From the NCBI GenBank assembly GCA_965113315.1, contig OZ220368.1: a DNA stretch of 64,000 bases; one strand, written 5' to 3'. The translations under genes were made by a program, and so were the position numbers. Positions 63,457 through 64,000 of this stretch are shown here, one piece after another. Below the pieces are notes generated by a model. The model searched no databases, was not told the origin of the DNA, and saw nothing but the letters and a program-made list of their open reading frames with translations. The first letter of the stretch is position 1. Every line of letters begins with the position of its first letter. The stretch comes from Podarcis vaucheri. Lineage: Eukaryota.

Positions 63457-64000
63457 CCTGATTTTAATGGGCTGAATCTTATGAATGAGAATGGGAATAG
63501 CCTGGTTTTAGGGAGATTGATAAAACTGTGAGCCTTACTTGTCCTTTATATTTGGGGGAGGGGAGGGGGGTGTCGGGAGGGGAAAGCGAGTGTCTGATGA
63601 AATACCCAACATCTTTGAGAAAAGATAGGCCTGGAAATATTATAGAGTTGCTGAGCCAGTTGTCCTATGGACAACTTATTTAAACCTGTTTCAGAAACCC
63701 AAATTCTAGCTGTATGGTTTGTGTTTTTGTCTCTGGAGGGGGAGGACAAGTGGATGGGGGAATTTGTTAACCTTCTGCCAGGCAAATTCACCATTACACT
63801 GAGGAGCTTGGAAATCATTAGCTACTGTATACAGAATCCAATGAGATATTGGTGTGTTTTTACAGTTAGGGTTTTGCAATAACTTCTATATTTTAATAGA
63901 AAATGGATTCCCTTAATTTCCCGCCCCGTCTCCCTCAATTAATTTAACACAACTGAAGCCCTCTCAGCACACTGGCTCTGGCCACAACAGTCATCATGGA
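63457..64000 (+). promoter_or_regulatory. TOP1: TOP1 3' UTR (partial, continues beyond the window)
   Basis: Follows the stop codon; no AATAAA before the window end. Blocks such as gctgagccagttgtcctatggacaacttatttaaa and tttttacagttagggttttgcaataacttctatattttaatagaaa match my recollection of the mammalian TOP1 3' UTR. Confidence 0.9.

Noticed and set aside
63594-63625. Hammerhead core (CUGAUGA...GAAA) in the 3' UTR
   Set aside because: No stem II between the motifs and no stem I/III pairing.

Overview
Vertebrate genomic DNA, almost certainly a squamate and probably a lacertid lizard, judging by the Sauria SINE, Squam3-like SINE and the hAT/Tigger MITE, L1, L2 and CR1 repeats. The whole window lies inside one gene, nuclear DNA topoisomerase I (TOP1), on the + strand. 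It starts within the long intron 2; exons 1-2 were not found and are presumably upstream. It contains 19 coding exons (equivalent to human exons 3-21, 27526-63456, all GT-AG, phases consistent, 2243 nt including TAA) and the first ~540 nt of the 3' UTR. The five catalytic residues (human numbering R488, K532, R590, H632, Y723) are intact. Nearly all ORFs in the supplied track are spurious or overlap exons or repeats, and I found no second protein-coding gene or new protein system. The most interesting signals are at the RNA level. (1) A young Penelope-like insertion (666-891, 13-bp TSD) is a perfect 91-bp inverted repeat with a minimal hammerhead ribozyme motif on each strand. (2) The TOP1 3' UTR holds a compact cluster of hairpins (GNRA tetraloop, Roquin/CDE-like UAU triloop abutting a miR-24 8mer site, 9-bp stem) plus a G-quadruplex motif. 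(3) Inverted Sauria SINEs closely bracket exons 11-17, a back-splicing configuration. Comparisons to human TOP1 and repeat family names come from memory, not from a database search.
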